A program made the translations under genes and the position numbers. From the NCBI GenBank assembly GCA_000004695.1, contig CM000151.3, forward strand, positions 5,728,001 to 5,792,000: a DNA stretch of 64,000 bases, in the 5' to 3' direction. Origin of the DNA: Dictyostelium discoideum. Taxonomy: Eukaryota. Under the pieces are notes generated by a model, which was given only the letters and a program-made list of their open reading frames with translations, was not told where the DNA came from and did not search any database. This document shows positions 63,228-64,000 of the stretch, piece after piece. Every line of letters starts with the position of its first letter. The stretch's first letter is position 1.

Positions 63228-64000
63228 ATGTCAAAAACTTTAAATATATTAGAATTAACATCAGCATGTATAAAATTAGCACAAGAATCAGGTGATATAA
63301 TAAGAGATGTTTTTAAATCAGGATCATTAGGAATTGAAATGAAATCAGTTGATGATCCAATGACAAAAGCAGATTTATTATCACAACAACATATAATTGG
63401 TTCATTGAGAACTATTTGGAGTGATATTAAAATAGTTGGAGAGGAACAATGTGAAATACCAACAATCGATAAGAAACCACCAATTGATTTATTAGCAAAT
63501 GATAAAGATTGTATTGAGAAATGTCCAGAAGAATTCAAACAATTACCCATTGACGATTTAATCATTTTCATCGATCCATTAGACGCAACTAGAGAATTTA
63601 CATTGGGTAGAGTGGGTTGTGTGATGACATTAATTGGAATTAGTTTCAAAGGTAAACCAATTGCAGGTATCATTTATCAACCATTTGTAGATTGTAATGG
63701 TGATGGAACAACTGACCAATCTAAATGGGTGGGAAGAACAATTTGGGCTATTGTCGGTGGCGGCATACCAGTTAAGGGAATCAAAGATAGAAGAGCACCT
63801 GAAGATGTTGGTAAAGTGATTTTAACAACCACCGCCTCTCATTTCAATGATAAAGTTCAACAAGCTGTAGATGCAATTAAACCTGATAAATTATTAAGAG
63901 CTGGTGGTGCTGGTTATAAAAGTTTATTGGTAATTGAAAATCAAGCAGATGTTTATGTTTTCCCAACTGTTGGTTCAAAACTTTGGGATATCTGTGGTCC
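63228..64000 (+). CDS. Inositol-monophosphatase-superfamily phosphatase, most like 3'(2'),5'-bisphosphate nucleotidase (BPNT1)/INPP1. It is partial: the 3' end lies beyond the window.
   Basis: An ATG at 63228 opens MSKTLNILELTSACIKLAQESGDIIRDVF...KADLLSQQHIIGSLRTIWSDIKIVGEE...IFIDPLDATREFTLG...WDICGP. The metal-binding DPLD(G/A)T(R/K)E(F/Y) and WD(T/I)C(A/G) signatures of the BPNT1/IMPase fold are present. The frame is open to position 64000. It is not in the ORF track because no stop falls in the window. Confidence 0.75.
   Translation, partial: MSKTLNILELTSACIKLAQESGDIIRDVFKSGSLGIEMKSVDDPMTKADLLSQQHIIGSLRTIWSDIKIVGEEQCEIPTIDKKPPIDLLANDKDCIEKCPEEFKQLPIDDLIIFIDPLDATREFTLGRVGCVMTLIGISFKGKPIAGIIYQPFVDCNGDGTTDQSKWVGRTIWAIVGGGIPVKGIKDRRAPEDVGKVILTTTASHFNDKVQQAVDAIKPDKLLRAGGAGYKSLLVIENQADVYVFPTVGSKLWDICG

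Noticed and set aside
63218-63673. 151-aa minus-strand ORF at the window end
   Set aside because: It is antisense to the much more convincing plus-strand BPNT1/IMPase-like CDS (DPLDATREF and WDICGP motifs), which runs off the window.

Overview
This 64 kb window is nuclear genomic DNA from a dictyostelid social amoeba, Dictyostelium discoideum-like. It is extremely AT-rich and has poly(A)/poly(T) intergenic deserts. Coding regions carry long AAT/CAA/ATT trinucleotide arrays that give poly-Asn/Gln tracts. Genes have short spliceosomal introns with GTAAGT/GTAATG/GTATGT donors and A/T-rich ...AG acceptors. It is therefore a eukaryotic window: I found no prokaryotic defence, CRISPR or operon-type system, and none should be expected here. 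The window is gene-dense, with about 20 protein-coding genes on both strands. Several large ORFs in the supplied track end at what are actually splice donors. Reading across the introns joins them into single genes: an LRR-RasGEF gene of 5 exons, two tandem ABCG full transporters of 3 exons each, a DDX46/Prp5-like DEAD-box helicase, proline dehydrogenase, KTI12, riboflavin kinase, N-myristoyltransferase, a PAP2 lipid phosphatase and a TVP38/DedA membrane protein. Other genes are a giant KATNIP(DUF4457)-like protein of about 2357 aa, a PTEN-like phosphatase, an AT-hook protein, a YhhN/TMEM86-like protein, a BPNT1/IMPase-like phosphatase (partial), a twin-Cx9C protein and a secreted IPT/EGF-like Cys-rich protein. 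The most notable non-routine observations follow. (1) The two tandem ABCG paralogs are mosaic: near-identical nucleotide tracts over NBD2 sit between diverged segments, which suggests patchy gene conversion. (2) A local segmental duplication (about 5.6-6.8 kb versus 7.2-7.9 kb) shows reciprocal decay of its two gene copies. (3) A small two-exon gene (17037..17295, minus) is invisible to the ORF track. (4) A roughly 65-bp inverted repeat pair flanks about 350 bp, MITE-like. (5) A decayed ORF/pseudogene lies at 51.8-52.3 kb. (6) A KATNIP-like gene in a non-ciliated organism carries pure (AAT)n arrays of about 230 bp. Exon boundaries were read by hand and should be treated as approximate to within a few nucleotides.
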